NCBI RefSeq assembly: GCF_009914755.1
Contig: NC_060934.1
Direction: 5' to 3' (one strand)
Origin: the human T2T-CHM13v2.0 reference genome, Homo sapiens
DNA length: 64,000 bases
The notes under the pieces: generated by a model
Database searches by the model: none
Told to the model about the DNA's origin: nothing
Seen by the model: only the letters and a program-made list of their open reading frames with translations
Shown here: piece after piece, positions 30,224-46,298 of the stretch
How positions within the stretch are numbered: position 1 is the first letter of the stretch
Layout: each line of letters starts with the position of its first letter
Position numbers and translations under genes: made by a program

Positions 30224-30270
30224 CAGAATCTCCATTCTACCAGTTCTGTTTCTCTGAAAAACCCTAATAC
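29733..30270 (+). mobile_element. MLT2 (ERVL) LTR containing a (GATA)n microsatellite at ~30185-30222
   Basis: tgtcaacttgac..cattattctgggtgtgtctg..gagattaacattt..ttctgtttctctgaaaaaccctaataca. Confidence 0.8.
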
Positions 30271-30360
30271 AATCATATTTGTGGAATGATTACATATACT
30301 CTTTGCAAGTTTATCAGGAGTTTTTTTTCTATGTATTTTAACAAAATCTTTATAAGCTAG

Positions 30361-30362
<2 letters not shown>

Positions 30363-30408
<46 letters not shown>

Positions 30409-30704
30409 TTCCTCCTTTTTTAAGAGACAGGGTTTCATTCTGTCACCTAGGCTGGAGTACAGTGGTATAATCACAGCTTACTGCAGCCTCAAACTCCTGG
30501 GCTCAAGCAATCCTCCTGCCTCAGCCTCCTGAGTGGCTAGGACTAAAGGTGTGCATCATCGCACCTGGCCAATTTTTTAAATATTTGTACAGACTGGGTC
30601 TCAGTATGCTGCCCATTTTGGTCTCTAACTCCTGGCCTCAAGCGATCTTCCCACCTTGGCCTCTCAAAGTGCTAGGAATACAGGCATGAACCCCAGCCCC
30701 AGCC
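30363..30704 (-). mobile_element. AluJ with adjacent (TG)n microsatellite (30363-30406)
   Basis: Reverse Alu and a GT run. Confidence 0.88.
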
Positions 30705-31579
30705 AAACTAGCCATTAATCCCGTAGATATCATATATATTTTACCAAGCAATGGCATGTTTTCATTTTATGTAAAATGAAGATGCTGATACAAGAGAATA
30801 ACATTTTTTAAAAAGCGATGTACTCTCTTCATTCCTCTCCTTCCGCTTTAATAAGGACCCACACTTTACCTCCCATTCCACCTTCCTTTTCTCCCAGCCC
30901 TAGCAGACATCCACTATCTGCATTAAGGTGTAACCTTTAGAAATATTTCTTACCAGAAATGGTCTTGAGAAAAGAACTGTTTAAAAGTGGTGACAACACA
31001 GAATGTCCATTTCAACAGATGTATTTATTACTAAAATATCTTGAATCCGAGAAATGAATTAAATGCTGGGAAATCGTTTCATTAGATTTAATAACCATAT
31101 CATTTGCTTTTGATTACACAGTTTGGCCCAATTATGTTAGTACTTTTGATTTCCTCAGGTTCTTCCCTTGCGATATAATTAAATCCGGGATTCATGATTT
31201 GCAAATGGACTAAAAGAACTTCAGCTCCTTTTATATGAAACATTTTCATATCAATATTTACCAGAAAGAGATGCCTTCAGAGAAAGAGACATTACAATTT
31301 TTAGAAAAATGATTAAACAAATGATACATAGGCCAAATAAGAAATAGAAAATACAGAAGACATTACTTTCATTTACAAAAATAAAAGATTTGAAATATTT
31401 GTTGAGGTCACACTGGGGGATCAGAACTGTTTTACTCTTGAAACGTTTACTCTTAAAATGTTAAGATAAAACAGGATCAAGATGACTGCTTATTTGTTCT
31501 CCAAATAATAGACTAGGGTGAAGTGGGTTACTACTAACAGAAATTTTCTCTCTTGAAAAAACATTAGGCAGTACTTCAG

Positions 31580-31580
<1 letters not shown>

Positions 31581-31630
<50 letters not shown>
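31581..31630. repeat. (TA)n(CA)n(TA)n compound microsatellite
   Basis: Direct observation. Confidence 0.93.
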
Positions 31631-32433
31631 AGACTTTGTAACTGATAAGAAACTAAAGTCAATTTTAAAAAATAGGACGGTAGGTATATTTTTAAAAACC
31701 ATAACACCTATGCATTAATACCTGACTCCAGAGCATGGATGTGTTTAATTGTGTGTAGGAACAATGGGCAGTACAGTCACACAAAGACAAAGACAAGGAA
31801 AGTGGGTTCAGAAGCCTTTCACACTTTTCCTGGAAAGTCAGCTCGGTCTTTTGTTATTCAGATTAGCATTTCAAGGGCCAGCTCTACCTTTTTTTTTTTT
31901 TTTTCCACTTATTTGAGAAACCTTTTGACTACCAGATACTATTTCCTATTCAAAACCCTGAATCTGTCATTAGGCAATTTCTAAAATAAGTCTCATAGCC
32001 CTTTTATCCAGATTCTTCTTTATCTCTAAGGGTCCCGAGTTACCTGCCTCACAGGTCTCTATCACCACGCTGAGTTTCGCAGGCTTAGGTCTGTCCCTTG
32101 GACATTAAGTAGGAAACCCACTCCTTACGTGGCCAAATCATTTTGGCTCTGTTCTCTATCATTCTGAAAATCACCCCTATATATGAGGATTTTTTAAAAA
32201 ATTGGAATTGCAAGGGAAAGGGGGAACAAGTTGATGACTATAAACGTTCTTTAGAGTAGCAAGTCAGATATTAGTAAAATTCTACCCTAAAAGAATCATT
32301 AAACCATGAGAAAACTTGTGACACTAGTAATAACATTGCAAATGTCAAAGTAGTTGAGTTAAATAATTGACAAGGTCAAAGAGATTAATAGTTAACGATC
32401 TCATTTCTTCTGACAGTAAAAGAAATCCCATCT

Positions 32434-32675
32434 AGCCCGGGCAACACAGTGAGACCTTGTCTTTACAACAAAGAAACACACACACAAAAACTGGCTGGGA
32501 GTGGTAACACGTGCCTATAGTCTCAGCGACTCAGGAGGCTGAGGTGGGAGGATCACTTGAGCCCCAGAGGTCAACACTGCAGTGAGCTATATTCATGCCG
32601 CTGCACTCCAGCTTGGGTGACAGAGCGACTCCAGCCTGGGTGACAGAGCAAGACCCTCGCTCTTAAAAAAAAAAA
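32434..32675 (+). mobile_element. 5'-truncated AluJ with internal 23-bp tandem duplication (32605-32650)
   Basis: actccagc(t/c)tgggtgacagagc x2 near the 3' end. Confidence 0.85.
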
Positions 32676-32934
32676 GGGAGGGGGGAGAAACAAATATCAT
32701 CAAGGTACAAAGTACAAATCATATTTAAAAAATAGAAGCATGTCTACTGTACCCACATGCCTAAGAAGAGCACTGCTATGGCTCAGCTGTTTTCTCAAGG
32801 CACTTAAAAACCCATGACATTGCTAGCCATAAAACATCCTAAAGGAACACTCAGTCGGCCTTGCAACTTGGATAGGACTGAGAAGTTGGAAAGGATCAGT
32901 TTTAAATCACATCCTCGGGTCAAAACCCTAAGGT

Positions 32935-33280
32935 TTCTATAAAAGCTGAATCTACTGACCACAGTTAACAACAATCTGGCTGGGCGTGGGCTCACACCTG
33001 TAATCCCAGCATTTTGGGAGGCCAAGATGGGCCAATCACTTGAGCCCAGGAGTTCAAGACCAGCCTGGGCAACACAGCGAGACCCAGTCTCTATAAAAAA
33101 AAAAATTAAAAGAAAAAAATAAACAATCTATTATATATTTCAAAATAGAAAGCAGAGAGGACTCGAAACATACCCAAGGTGATAGACATGCCCAGTACTC
33201 TGATCATTATATGTTCTATGGATATAACAAAATATCACATGTATAAGTATTATATATTTAGAAAACAAATAAAAAAAATT
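32935..33280 (+). mobile_element. L1M 3' end interrupted by a FLAM (32978-33120)
   Basis: gaccacagttaacaacaat|ctattatatatttcaaaatag..atcacatgt resembles an L1MA/MB 3'UTR. TSD aacaatct around the Alu monomer. Confidence 0.7.
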
Positions 33281-35276
33281 AAAAAGCAACGTCACTAAGT
33301 AAGTACTGGGAAAAGGAAACTGAAAAGACCTCCCAAGTGCCTCTATACCATAACTCTTCCAGGGACTCATGGAGAGAGGAATGGGGGTGGGCAGACCAGA
33401 CAAGCAGATGCAGACATGCAGATTCATCTGCAGTAACCAGAAGTTTGATCTTACAGGTGAAAGACAAAAATCAATGCAAGGAACAGACTGTTAAAGCCAT
33501 GATCAGGAAGAAGAACCACCAACTTCTGGAGGAATAACCACCAATGTGCAAGAACTGGTATGAAGAAATCAGAGAGCCAGGAGCGTGCTAATAAACATCT
33601 AATAGAATCTCCACAAACAAAAAAAAAGGGTCAGGAGGTGGGGAAGCCGTATATGTAGTGTTTGTTGATACCTGTTGCACAAACACTCCCACCCTGGCAA
33701 CCAATATAGTGTCACTGAACACAGAGTTGGGAAGACACATGCACAGTCGGCTCAGGGGAAGGGAGAAGTCAGCCAAGTGAATGAAGTAGTACTTGAGTAC
33801 CATTAGAAAGAAAAGAAAGAGTTCGCAGAAGATCAATAAATAAGCAAAATCAATAATATAAAGTATCAACACTCTGAATGATACTCATAGTTGGCCAGAT
33901 TATTGCTTTTATATGTATTGTTTTACATTCTAGAAAGCCTATTCATATATCACATGTTTAAATGTTACTTGAACCAACAAATGAAATGCTATCAATCAAT
34001 GAATTTATAGCAAACCAGTCAAACAGCAAAGAACGATTCTTATCTAAAAAGGAACCTGAATTGCATAAAAGACCAGTAGAAAGGGATTAAACACCATAGT
34101 GCCTCTGCTCACCGGTATGGCACCTCAGTGGGATTAAGGAAAGGAGACACTTGGAGGGGACACAGCTTGGGGTGCAGTGTATAGGTGGCATTGCACCCCC
34201 AAATCTACCCATCAACAAAGTGGTCCTGAACATAGAATTGCTATTTGGTGTTTTACAAGTATACCTATTAAGTGCATACATACTGTCTGGAGAAAGCAGT
34301 TTATCTTATGGATATTATACTTAAATACTAAAAACAACTTTACATGGAGGGTACCCTCAGAGGGTAAAGATGAGTAGGAGGACAGAAGGCATTAACTGAG
34401 TGGTCATAGATTTAAAAGCCTTCATGAATCTGCCAGGCACTATACACACGCTGTTCCTATTCTAGGAATAGAGAACTGCTGCTCAGAGTAGTTAGGTAAT
34501 CCATCTCCTGTCTGTGCTATCAATCCACGAAGTCTACGTGTATGTAGGTCTACCCTCCTCAAAAGAGAGCTACTTAATAATAGGACACACCGCTTGTAAA
34601 CAGAGTGCAAAATCCACAGTGCCAAAATCACAAGATGTAAATGGGAAATAGAGTTTACTGGGGAAGGTGTCACAGGTAGGGAAGGAGCAGAGAGAGCCCC
34701 ACAATAACCCAAATCTTGTCATGTCACAGTCAGCTATGCTTTGAGCAGACATAACTAGACTAGATGCACTCTTAAAAGACGTCCAGGAGAGTGGCTCATT
34801 TCAGTGACACTTCACACCAACATAAGGAGGGCAGGGGGGACTTTGCAGAGAACATCACTAACAACAAACATGAGTTTCCTGCTCAAAATGAGACTATGTC
34901 AGAAGAAGGCAGCCTGCAGAGATGAGAGGTTCTACAGTAACAGTGAGCAAACTCAGATCTTCATTAAGCACCTATCAGGGCCAGGCTTCCCTCAGGCATC
35001 TTTGCACCTACAGCATCTAGCTCAGTCCCTGACTCTAGTGTTTAGTTGTCCAGAATGCGCTGGATTACTAAGAGAACAACCTGATGTAAAATGAAAATGA
35101 AAACCTAGCCAGACACTGCCCAGTATTAACACTGACATCCATTTGCTAGAGATAGAATATGGAAAGTGAGACTATGAACAAATAGAGGTGGCTGCAAATA
35201 AAATAATGTATGAATTTTGTGACTTTAAATACCTTTAAAAAAGATTGTATCACAACATGAACTGTAATGGCCAGAT

Positions 35277-35742
35277 TGAAATGTCTTTGCAAAATTGTAA
35301 CAATAGGAATCTGACATACTTGACTTCATCTTGCTTCTAAACTCCAAGCTGTCCTTCATCATTCCTGGCCATAGGCCAAGCTAACTTTGGGAGGAATTTA
35401 GTTTACAGTTTAACCTTACAGCAAGGATGATAACAGGGGACCCCTTACTCATAACTCAACAGATCCTGTGGTCCCACCCAGAGGCATGAGGAATGGTTCC
35501 CACACCCCTATGATTTCATCCCCACCCAATCAGTAGCACCAATTCCCCAGCCCTCTGCCCACCAAATTGTACATAAAAACCCTAAGCTTCAAGCCTTTGG
35601 GGAGACTGACTTAAGTTATAACTCCAGTTCTTCAGCATGAACCAGCATTGTGTCAATTAAACTTTCTCTACTGTAATGCTGTGGTCTCGGCGGACTGATT
35701 TTGTCTGTGCAGCGGGAAGGAAGAATCCATCAGGCAATTACA
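35277..35742 (+). mobile_element. LTR8-family (ERV1) solo LTR, internally deleted
   Basis: Starts tgaaatgtctttgcaaaatt, contains catcttgcttctaaactccaagctgtcctt, ends gcagcgggaagg..caattaca. Confidence 0.75.
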
Positions 35743-36596
35743 GTATTCAGGTAAGAATGAATTCACTTTGCAGTTTTAAAAAGCCACAGAAAAGAACATG
35801 GATTACACTGAATTTCCTATGATCAAAATTTTTATTTGGGAAAACTTCAAACCTCAAGAAAATTGAAAGAATATGCTCAACATTATATCCCCTTCACCTA
35901 TGAACCACCAACATTGTGTCTCCTCTCTAATGATTTTTTCTTATTTTTGAATCATTATGATTAAGTTGCAATAGAAATTCTTAAAGGTGATTTGAAGGTA
36001 ATGGATTAATTATTTTCAAAATAAAGAAAATAATTTCGATTGTTTGGGTTTATTTTGAACTTGAGGAAATTTTTGAAAGGAAATAATGAGTGCATTTATC
36101 TTAATGGTTTTCAATTACCAACTGCATTTACTACTGTTCAGCTTTTCTGACTTTTCACCACAAAAAGGAGAAAATAGGCTGAGCCTAAATTCCACAGGTA
36201 CTTTTCAATGTGGTACAAAGAGAAATACCCTTCCTTAACCAAATTACCAATGTGATTTTATAAAAAATTTCCACTGAGTAAAAATGACCAATGACCCATC
36301 CAGAAAAAATAAAGTTCCTCTTTCAGAGTCTGGAGAAAGTAGCAAGACAAGTCTAAAATAAAATTTTAGAAATTAAATATACAACATCTTTTTTCAGTAA
36401 AAGCATATTCATAAAAACTTAAGTTCATAAAAATAAATCTATTTCAGAGCTATTCATTTTCAATAATTTGTCCTAACTCTGAAAAAGGAGTGTAATTCTA
36501 TACTCTAGAAGCAAGAATAGTGAACTTCGAAATTTAAAAAGTAAATTTTAAGTGTCTATCATTTAACTTTTCAAGACAGTAAAGTGCCATGGATGA

Positions 36597-36913
<317 letters not shown>

Positions 36914-37137
36914 CATATATTCTTTATTTTGCACATTTACCACATTTCCAATGGGAATGTGAAATAACTGTTACTCTGCAAGCCTTAATCTTTTATCTCA
37001 CAAACATGAGCAAATAAACTACAGGTCTACTTCAATATTCATGATTATTAATCTTTAGAAAATTACCTAAATCTGTTTCAGAAATGTTTAACTCACTAGT
37101 CTTTATTGAGTGACTAACTTCAAATCACTGTAGTTGA

Positions 37138-37517
<380 letters not shown>

Positions 37518-37677
37518 TAGAATTTTTAATAAAAGACATGTGTTCATAAAATTAAATTTAAAAAACAGAATAACTGTTGAATATTAAAATCTTAAAATTT
37601 GTCATCAAGTAAATTATAAATAAGAGCAAAGGTTCAGTGTTGAGGGGAGAATGGATAAGAAGTAATGCAAAGAAACA

Positions 37678-37975
<298 letters not shown>

Positions 37976-38099
37976 AAGAAGTAATGTGCAAAGAAACATT
38001 ATTTAAGGCAAGGAAAACCAATCCATTTCAGTTTGGAGTGTATGTATGTCTATTTAGAAAATGTTTTAAATGTTAGGTAGTTACTAGGCAGTATTTCGC

Positions 38100-38770
38100 C
38101 ATTATTAAGTAGTTTCATAAAATATTTAATTAGTGGTAAAGTATATAAAATACAATATTTCACCCTACATTTCTATTCCAACTCTCCCTTCAGAAAGAAT
38201 TAACCATCATTACAATTTGGAAAACAATTCTCTATTATTTTATACATAGGACATATCCATACACTCAAGTGCAATTTTTCACAAGAATTAAAACATACAA
38301 ATTACGTAAAACTTGTTCTTTTTACTTAACAACATGACTTGCAAATATTTCAATACCTAGGAATTTATTTTTACCTCAACTGTATTGACTGATTAATTGA
38401 TTGATTGAGACAGAGTCTTGCTTAGCTCTGTCAGCCAGGCTGGAGTGCAATGGCACAATCTTGGCATACTGCAGCGTCTGCCTTCTGGGCTCAAGTGATT
38501 CTTCCACCTCAGCCTCCAGAGTAGCTAGTACTACAGATGCATGCCACCACACTCGTCTGATATTTTTAAAATTTTTGCAGAGATAAAGGCTCACTATATT
38601 GCCCAGGCTAAATCAATTTTTTAATAGCTGCAGAGTATCCCCACAGTGCAAATATAAAATCATTGATTTAGTCACTCCTCCATTAATGGACACTTAAGCC
38701 TGTTTCTAGCACCCTGTTTTTACTGCTACAATTAGCATCCTTATTCACGTGCAAATATTTCTGTAGATAC
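38100..38770 (-). mobile_element. Old L1M fragment interrupted by a partial reverse Alu (38400-38610)
   Basis: ttttttaatagctgcagagtatcc..tcctccattaatggacacttaag resembles reverse L1M; Alu motifs in the middle. Confidence 0.55.
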
Positions 38771-39335
38771 GTGAAGAGGGATTTCTTTATTCCTACTTGT
38801 TTTAGTAAATTATTCACTCTGATCAACAACATTCAAACTTTTAACAGTCAGTTTATACATAGGAGACAGATGCCCAAGATAAGGGTGTATGATCTTAAAG
38901 AGGATGAAACAGTTAAACAAATAACTCAGAGATCATGATCCTGGAATTCAATGCGCCTCACTATGTTTGCATCCACACAAGTGTTCCTGCTTTTAAGTTT
39001 ACTGAATGTGCAGCTTTATGGGCAACTATTTAATTGACTGATGACAGGAGTCCTCTCTCTTGATGGTCACTGCCTAATCAACTTTGTTACATATTTTACA
39101 TGTACATGTACAATAATTCTTGTAGAAATTAATAAAAACACATCACTTGCATGCACAAATAGAAGACAAAGACTACGATGGCAATCCGTACTGTGTATTT
39201 ATAACAAATATGTAAGCATTAAATCCCACAGTTCGGTTTCTTTTCTCAAATGGTGACATTCAAAAATATATGCATGTTAACATGTTCAGAACAAAATTTA
39301 ATAATCTTCAATCTGTAATTTTAAACTGCAAAACA

Positions 39336-39628
39336 GGCCAGGAGTAGTGACTCATGTCTGTAATCCCAACACTTTGGGAGGCCAAGGTGGGGGGGATTGC
39401 TTGAGCCCAGGAGTTTGAGACCAGCCCAGGCAACATTGCAAGGCCTCATCTCTACAAATAAAAAAAATCAGCCAAGCATGGTGGTGTGCACCCATGGTTC
39501 CAGCTACTCAAGAGGCTGAGGTGGAACTGCTTGAGCCTGGGTGGTCAAGGCTGCAGTGAGCCATGATCATTCCACTGCACTCCAGCCTTGGCAACAAAGC
39601 AAGATCACATCTCAAAACAAAACAAAAA
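39336..39628 (+). mobile_element. AluJ SINE
   Basis: Full diverged dimer. Confidence 0.88.
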
Positions 39629-39689
39629 TGAAATGCAAAGTATAATTTATCTTTCCAAAATGATCCCAAGGAAAACTGCAAACTGAACT

Positions 39690-39880
39690 AGCATTTACTA
39701 GTTATTAACATATATAAGTTATTGTACTACTTATTAATAATTATTATAACTAGTTATTTAAGTAATAAATTATAATATTTAAAGTAAATATAAAATATAA
39801 AAGTATTTAATTATAATTTGTAATTAGTTATATTAGTTATTAATAATTATACTAGTTATTACATTAATCTACATTAGATT
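39690..39880. repeat. AT-rich low-complexity tract with recurring actagttatt / taataatta motifs
   Basis: Direct observation. Confidence 0.75.
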
Positions 39881-40094
39881 ATACATTTCTATGCATCATA
39901 TACAACTAAAAATGAGCATCCATGTTTTTTTTTCATTCAACTTAAAAGCACAGGAATCACTACCGCTTGAAGTAAACTTTGGGTCCGGTCTGTTAAAGTG
40001 AAAATCTGCTAAAAGCCATGAACTCTTTTCCTAGCTGCAAGCTCATTAAACAATAAATCTTATTTGTGAATTCAGAGAGAATTCCCACCCTGAA

Positions 40095-40520
40095 TCATTC
40101 ACTTATTTATTCAATTATTGAATGCCTATGATATGCTAAGTGCCATCCCAGGTGCTTAAAACAGATGAGTGAACAAAACGGAAAAGATTTCTGCCCTTCT
40201 GAAACTCATATTTTAATAGGCAGGGAAAGAAAATACACAATAAATGTAAAGAATTGTATGTATGCTAGTGCTATTAAAAATGAGTAAGGTAAGGAGACCT
40301 GGGAATACAGAAATTTGGAGAGGTGGGGACGTTGCAGAGGCAGCAAGATAAAGTTGTAAACAGAGGTCAGAGAAGGTCTCAGTGAGGAGGTGAAATTCAA
40401 GTGAAGACTTGAAGGACCCAGGAGAATTAAGCAAGAAGATATCTGGGTAAAGCAATTTCCAGGCAGAGGACCAGACCAAGGGCCCTAAGGAAGGAACAGA
40501 TTTCACAGACTTCCCACAGC
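40095..40520 (-). mobile_element. L2 fragment including 3' end
   Basis: cattcacttatttattcaattattgaatgccta..gtgaacaaaac..ggtcagagaaggtctc..gcaatttccaggcagagg. Confidence 0.75.
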
Positions 40521-40809
40521 ACATCCAGGGACACCCACTCTCACCCCTAGGAATCTCAGTTTATGAATAATCCACCTTTGTCTATGCAGTTATAATTTAG
40601 TAGATAATATCATGGATTTTAAAGTTAGAAAGGCTGAGATTTAAAGCCAAGGTATATTTACTGTGTGACCTTTAGCAAATAATATGGCATTCATAACTCA
40701 GGTTCCTCAACCAGAAAACTGACGTAATAATGCTAACGTCTACCCCATAGGATCTGTTTAAGAATAACGTATATAAAAAACTTAGCAGGGTAAAATTCAA
40801 GACATGCTA

Positions 40810-42040
40810 GTTCTTGTCAGATATGAACCCAAAGCACAGGTAACAAAAGCAAAAATAGGCAAACAAGATTGCATCAAACTAAACTAAAAAGCTTCCGCAT
40901 AGCCAAGGAAACAATCAACAGAGTAAAAACACAATGTATGGAATAGAAGAAATATTTGGAAATTATATATCTGGTAAGAGATTAATATCCAAAATAAATA
41001 CAAAAAAAAAACTCAAGCAACTTAACAAAAAGAAAACAAATAACTCGATTTAAAAATGGGCAAATAATCTGAATAGACATTTCTCAAAAGAAGACATACA
41101 AATAGCCAACAGGTATATGAAAAATGCTTAAGATTACTAATCATCAGGGAATTGCAAATTAAAACCAGAATGACATATCACCTTCCACCTGTTACAATGG
41201 CTACTATCAAAAAAATGAACGATAACGTACTAAAGAGGATGTGGACAAAGGGAACCCTTGCATTCTGTTGGTGTGAATATAAATTAGTACGGCTATTATG
41301 AAAAAGGGTATAGGGGTTCTTCAAAAAGTTAAAAATAGTGCTATTATATGACCTAGCAATCCCACCACTGGGCATGTATCCAAAGAAAATGCAATCAGTA
41401 TGTTGAAGAGATAGCTGTACTCACATGTTTATTACAGCACTATTTACATTAGCGAAGACATGGAATCAACCTATCTTGTTGTTTATCAACAGTGTTTATC
41501 AATAGACCCTGAATAAGAAAAATGTGTAATACACAGATACATACATACACAAACACACACACACAACAAAATACTACTCTGCCTTTAAAAAGAAAGAAAT
41601 CTATCACTGTGGCAACATGAATGATAGTGGAGGACATTATGTTAAGTGAAATAGGCCAGGGACAGAAAGACAAATACTGTATGATCTCACTTATTGTGGA
41701 ATCTAAAAACACTGAACTCATCAAAGTAGAGAGTGGAATTGTGGTTACCTGGGGTTAGGGGGATGGTGGGTGGGGATGTGTTGGTAAAAGTATACAAAAT
41801 TTCCATTAGGAGGAAAAAGTTCAAGAGATCTACTGTACAACATAGTCACTGTAGTTAATAACAATATACTGTATACTTGAAAACTGCTAAGAAAACATGT
41901 TTTAAGTGTTCTCACCACACAAAATAAACGAAGTACGTGAGGTATTACATGTCTTAATTAGCTCAATTTAGCCATTCCATAATGTATATATTTCAAATCA
42001 AGTCGTGCACAATATATACATTTTTGTCAATTAAAACATT
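40810..42040 (+). mobile_element. L1MA-type LINE, end of ORF2 and 3'UTR (degenerate)
   Basis: aaaagcttccgcatagccaaggaaacaatcaacagagt, gaatagacatttctcaaaagaagacatacaaatagccaacagg, tatgacctagcaatcccacc, ggacattatgttaagtgaaata. Confidence 0.88.
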
Positions 42041-42864
42041 TTATAAAATTTGAAAAGGAATAATTCTTGTAATTACTGTTATTAACCAAAAATTACCCTA
42101 AATACAGCACACTGATTCACATATACACAAATACATACACAACTGAATTTGGGCATGTTTAAAAAAAGCTAGTAATGTTATTACTATTATCAAAATTGTT
42201 TTTAAGAGAACCAGAGTTTCAAGTAGTTACGTCAAATTATGCAACAACTACCTAGGTTTTCCAGACCACCTTAAAATCATAATGGTGTTTTTCAACTCAC
42301 AGAACCGTTATTAAAGTTCAAATATTAACAAACTGGCAAACTTATAATCACATGGGGAATTGAAAAGAAATCATGAAACTCTGGTCCAATTTTTATCTAC
42401 TTATTCATAGGAAGTCCCCAAGCAATATTATTCCAGCAAAAAGCAACTCACCACAGATTGAAGATTAACCCTTAAATTCCCTTTTATTTTTAAGGTCATA
42501 AATATTTCTATATTTGCAAGTGTTGTTATTGTATATTAACATCTTACCTAATATAATATAATACAAACATAATAGAAAAGTCAAAGAGCAGCTAAAAATT
42601 GATGAACACTTCCATTCTTTTCTTACATACAGCAATGCATGCAGGGGATGAAAAATAAAATCACCAGTCATCATTTTCTCTAACAAACAAACATAAAGAG
42701 TTTCTTAGGATGAACAGAGATTTTAGTAGCAGAATCCCCTGGGATAAGAATCAAGACCAATGTTATTTAATACATTCATAATAATCTGTTGGAAGAAATA
42801 GGCAACAAGATGTATTCGAGTAACAGAAAACCGTTTAGGTAAGTAGAAACCAGAAAGTCTTTGA

Positions 42865-43256
<392 letters not shown>

Positions 43257-43857
43257 TAACTTTAAATTTTGAGCAAAAAGACCTATTACATGAGCAATGG
43301 CTCTCTCCTATCAGCAGGCAACTGGGCAAAAATCTCCTTTACTATTTAAAAAATTAAAACAAAGAAGATTCCTCTATTTCTCTTAGCATTCCACATTTTA
43401 TACCTCCCATTTTCTTCACAGCCTCCTAGAAACCTGGGGCGTGTCCCTCCATTCTACTGACATTGCTGTGAGCCATTTTTAATGTCTCAATCATATGAAA
43501 ATTACATCTTAATCATGACCAAGACCACTTTTTTTTTTATTCTACCTCCTATCTTCCAATTTTTTTCCATCTCTACTGGAATAGCCTGCATTTAGAATAT
43601 TTTTGCTCACCCTCCTAAGCGTTCTCTCTTTTGTCTCTCTCTTCTCAAATCCATTTTCATTATACTTTAATGAATGAAACATTCATTTGGAAGCAATGTG
43701 ACACTCTAGACCCCTTCTTTCACCAACATTGCCTCTTAACGTTATACATTTGGATACTTTCACAACCAGAACCCAATCTAAGTTCTATGCACCCCGGCCA
43801 CTAACAAACAACTCTCAACACATCAGATTACTCACAAACGAAAATTCCACCAATTTG

Positions 43858-44167
<310 letters not shown>

Positions 44168-45234
44168 TAATCCATTTTCACCTAAACTCTGACTTTTTGT
44201 CAAGGATTTTAATCCCCTTCTAGTTTAACTCTTACTTGTGCTTCAAAGCCTAAAGTCAATACTATTTATTCACCCAAAGCAGCTTTAGTGTTTTGGGCAG
44301 AGTACCCAAATTTCTATTCAACTGTCAAAGTCACTGAAACGTTCACAGATGCTTTACATCCACCTATATTACTTCATCATAAACACAACAATGATTCCAA
44401 TCTTCTGTGGACCCAATAAACTATCAGGTATCTGAGGACAGAGTTGAATTTTTTTTAATCAATACTGAACACCAAAGCCTAGAGTCAATACTAAAGAAAT
44501 ATTTAACTGAGCAAAAACAAAATGGCAAATTTAGTATTATATTTTCAACCGTACAAGTAATAGGTTTAAAAACCAGAATCAACTGGTTTTTAAATTGTAT
44601 CTCTATCACTTACTAGGTAGGTAACATGCAAACAGTTTAGTAAAAGGATGAGTTTTCTTACCTTTAAATGGCAATAGTAATGCCTGCTTTACCTACAAGA
44701 TCATGAACACTGATATTTAGCACAAACCTTGGTACATGGTGAACATTCAGCAAACTGAGTTTCCTCGTTACTCATAGCATTTTCAATATAAATGTTAAAC
44801 AACTGAAAACACAGTAAACAGAATCCATCCACTTTTTGCATGTGCTTGGTGGCTTACTTTACACTAAAATGTCCTTTTGGAGAATGGTATTTTTTTGTAG
44901 AAAAGAGATAAGGAAAAGAGAACCAAAATAGTTACAGTGCTATAGAATCCACTTCTATAATTAAAAAGTAAGATAGGCAACTTAAGAATGAGTAATTACA
45001 TGATTATTTCAAAAAATTTACTTGTTAAAATATTTCTAAATAATAGTACCATATCGGCTTAAGTTTAAGACTAATATCTAGTGGCAAATATTTGTTCAAA
45101 TGAATGTCCTTTTTCTTCACAAGTACCTCAGTGTTAAAAATGTAGGAGACCTTCAATAAGTTACAGTTAAAAGATGAGTCACAACCAGAAAAGGAAGTAG
45201 AAGAAGAGCAATCCCAGAATCCCAGGCGTGTGGA

Positions 45235-46298
45235 TGTTACGGGAAGTCAGGGACCCCAAACGGAGGGACCAGCTGAAGCCATGGCAGAAGAACATAAATT
45301 GTGAAGATTTCATGGACATTTATTAGTTCCCCAAATTAATACTTTTATAATTTCTTACACCTGTCTTTACTGCAATCTCCGAACATAAATTGTGAAGATT
45401 TCATGGACATTTATCACTTCCCCAATCAATACTCTTGTGATTTCCTATGCCTGACTTTACTTTAATCTCTTAATCCTGTCATCTTTGTAAGCTGAGGATG
45501 TATGTCGCCTCAGGACCCTGTGATGATTGCGTTAACTGCACAAATTGTTTGTAGAGCATGTGTGTTTGAACAATATGAAATCTGGGCACCTTAAGAACAG
45601 GATAACAGCGATTTTCAGGGAACAAGGGAGATAACCTGAAAGTCTGGCTGCCTGTGGGCCGGGCATATTTCTCTTATTACCGAAAACGGGTAAGAGAAAT
45701 ATTGCGGAATTCTTTCCCCAGTAAGGAATATTAATAATTAACAGCTCTGAGAAAAGAATGCATTCCCAGGCGGGGCCTCTCAAATGGCCACCCTGGGAGT
45801 GTCTGCCTTATGCAGACGTAGGTAGGGATGAAACACGCCCTAGTCTCCTGCAGTGCCCCTAGGCTTGCTAGGATTAGGAAATTCCAGCCTGGCGAATTCT
45901 AGTCAGACCGGTTCTCTGCTCTTGAACCCTGTTAAGATGTTTATCAATGACAATGCATGCACAGCGGGACATGGAAGTTCATTAGTGATTCTAGTTTCGC
46001 CCTGACCTTGTGACCTCGCCCTGACCTCCTGCCTTGCGATCTTTTGTTGCCCTTAAAGCATGTGATCTCTGTGACCCACACCCTATTCCTACACTCCCTC
46101 CCCTTTGAAAATTGCTAATAAAAACTTGCTGGCTTTACCGCTCAGGGGGCATCACGGAACCTGCCGACATGTGATGTCTCCCCCAGCTTTAAAATTTCTC
46201 TCTTTTGTACTCTTTCTCTTTATTTCTCAGACTGGCTGACACTTAGGGAAAATATAAAAGAAACTACGTTGAATTATCGGGGACAGGTTCCCCCGATA
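45235..46298 (+). mobile_element. MER11 solo LTR (HERV-K11/HML-8), antisense to PARD3
   Basis: Starts tgttacgggaagtcagggacccc and ends ttcccccgata. Internal repeat gaacataaattgtgaagatttcatggacatttat x2; AATAAA near 46117. Perfect 6-bp TSD tgtgga (45229-45234, 46299-46304). Confidence 0.9.

Noticed and set aside
29851-30474. Longest ORF in the track (207 aa)
   Set aside because: Runs through an Alu end, (TG)n, (GATA)n and an MLT2 LTR. HTHT and LSIY repeats are microsatellite translations.
44662-44692. 31-nt minus-strand segment bounded by TTGTAG| and AAG|GTAAGA
   Set aside because: Lies in MIR-like sequence with a poor pyrimidine tract. Such cryptic pairs are common in a 40-kb intron.
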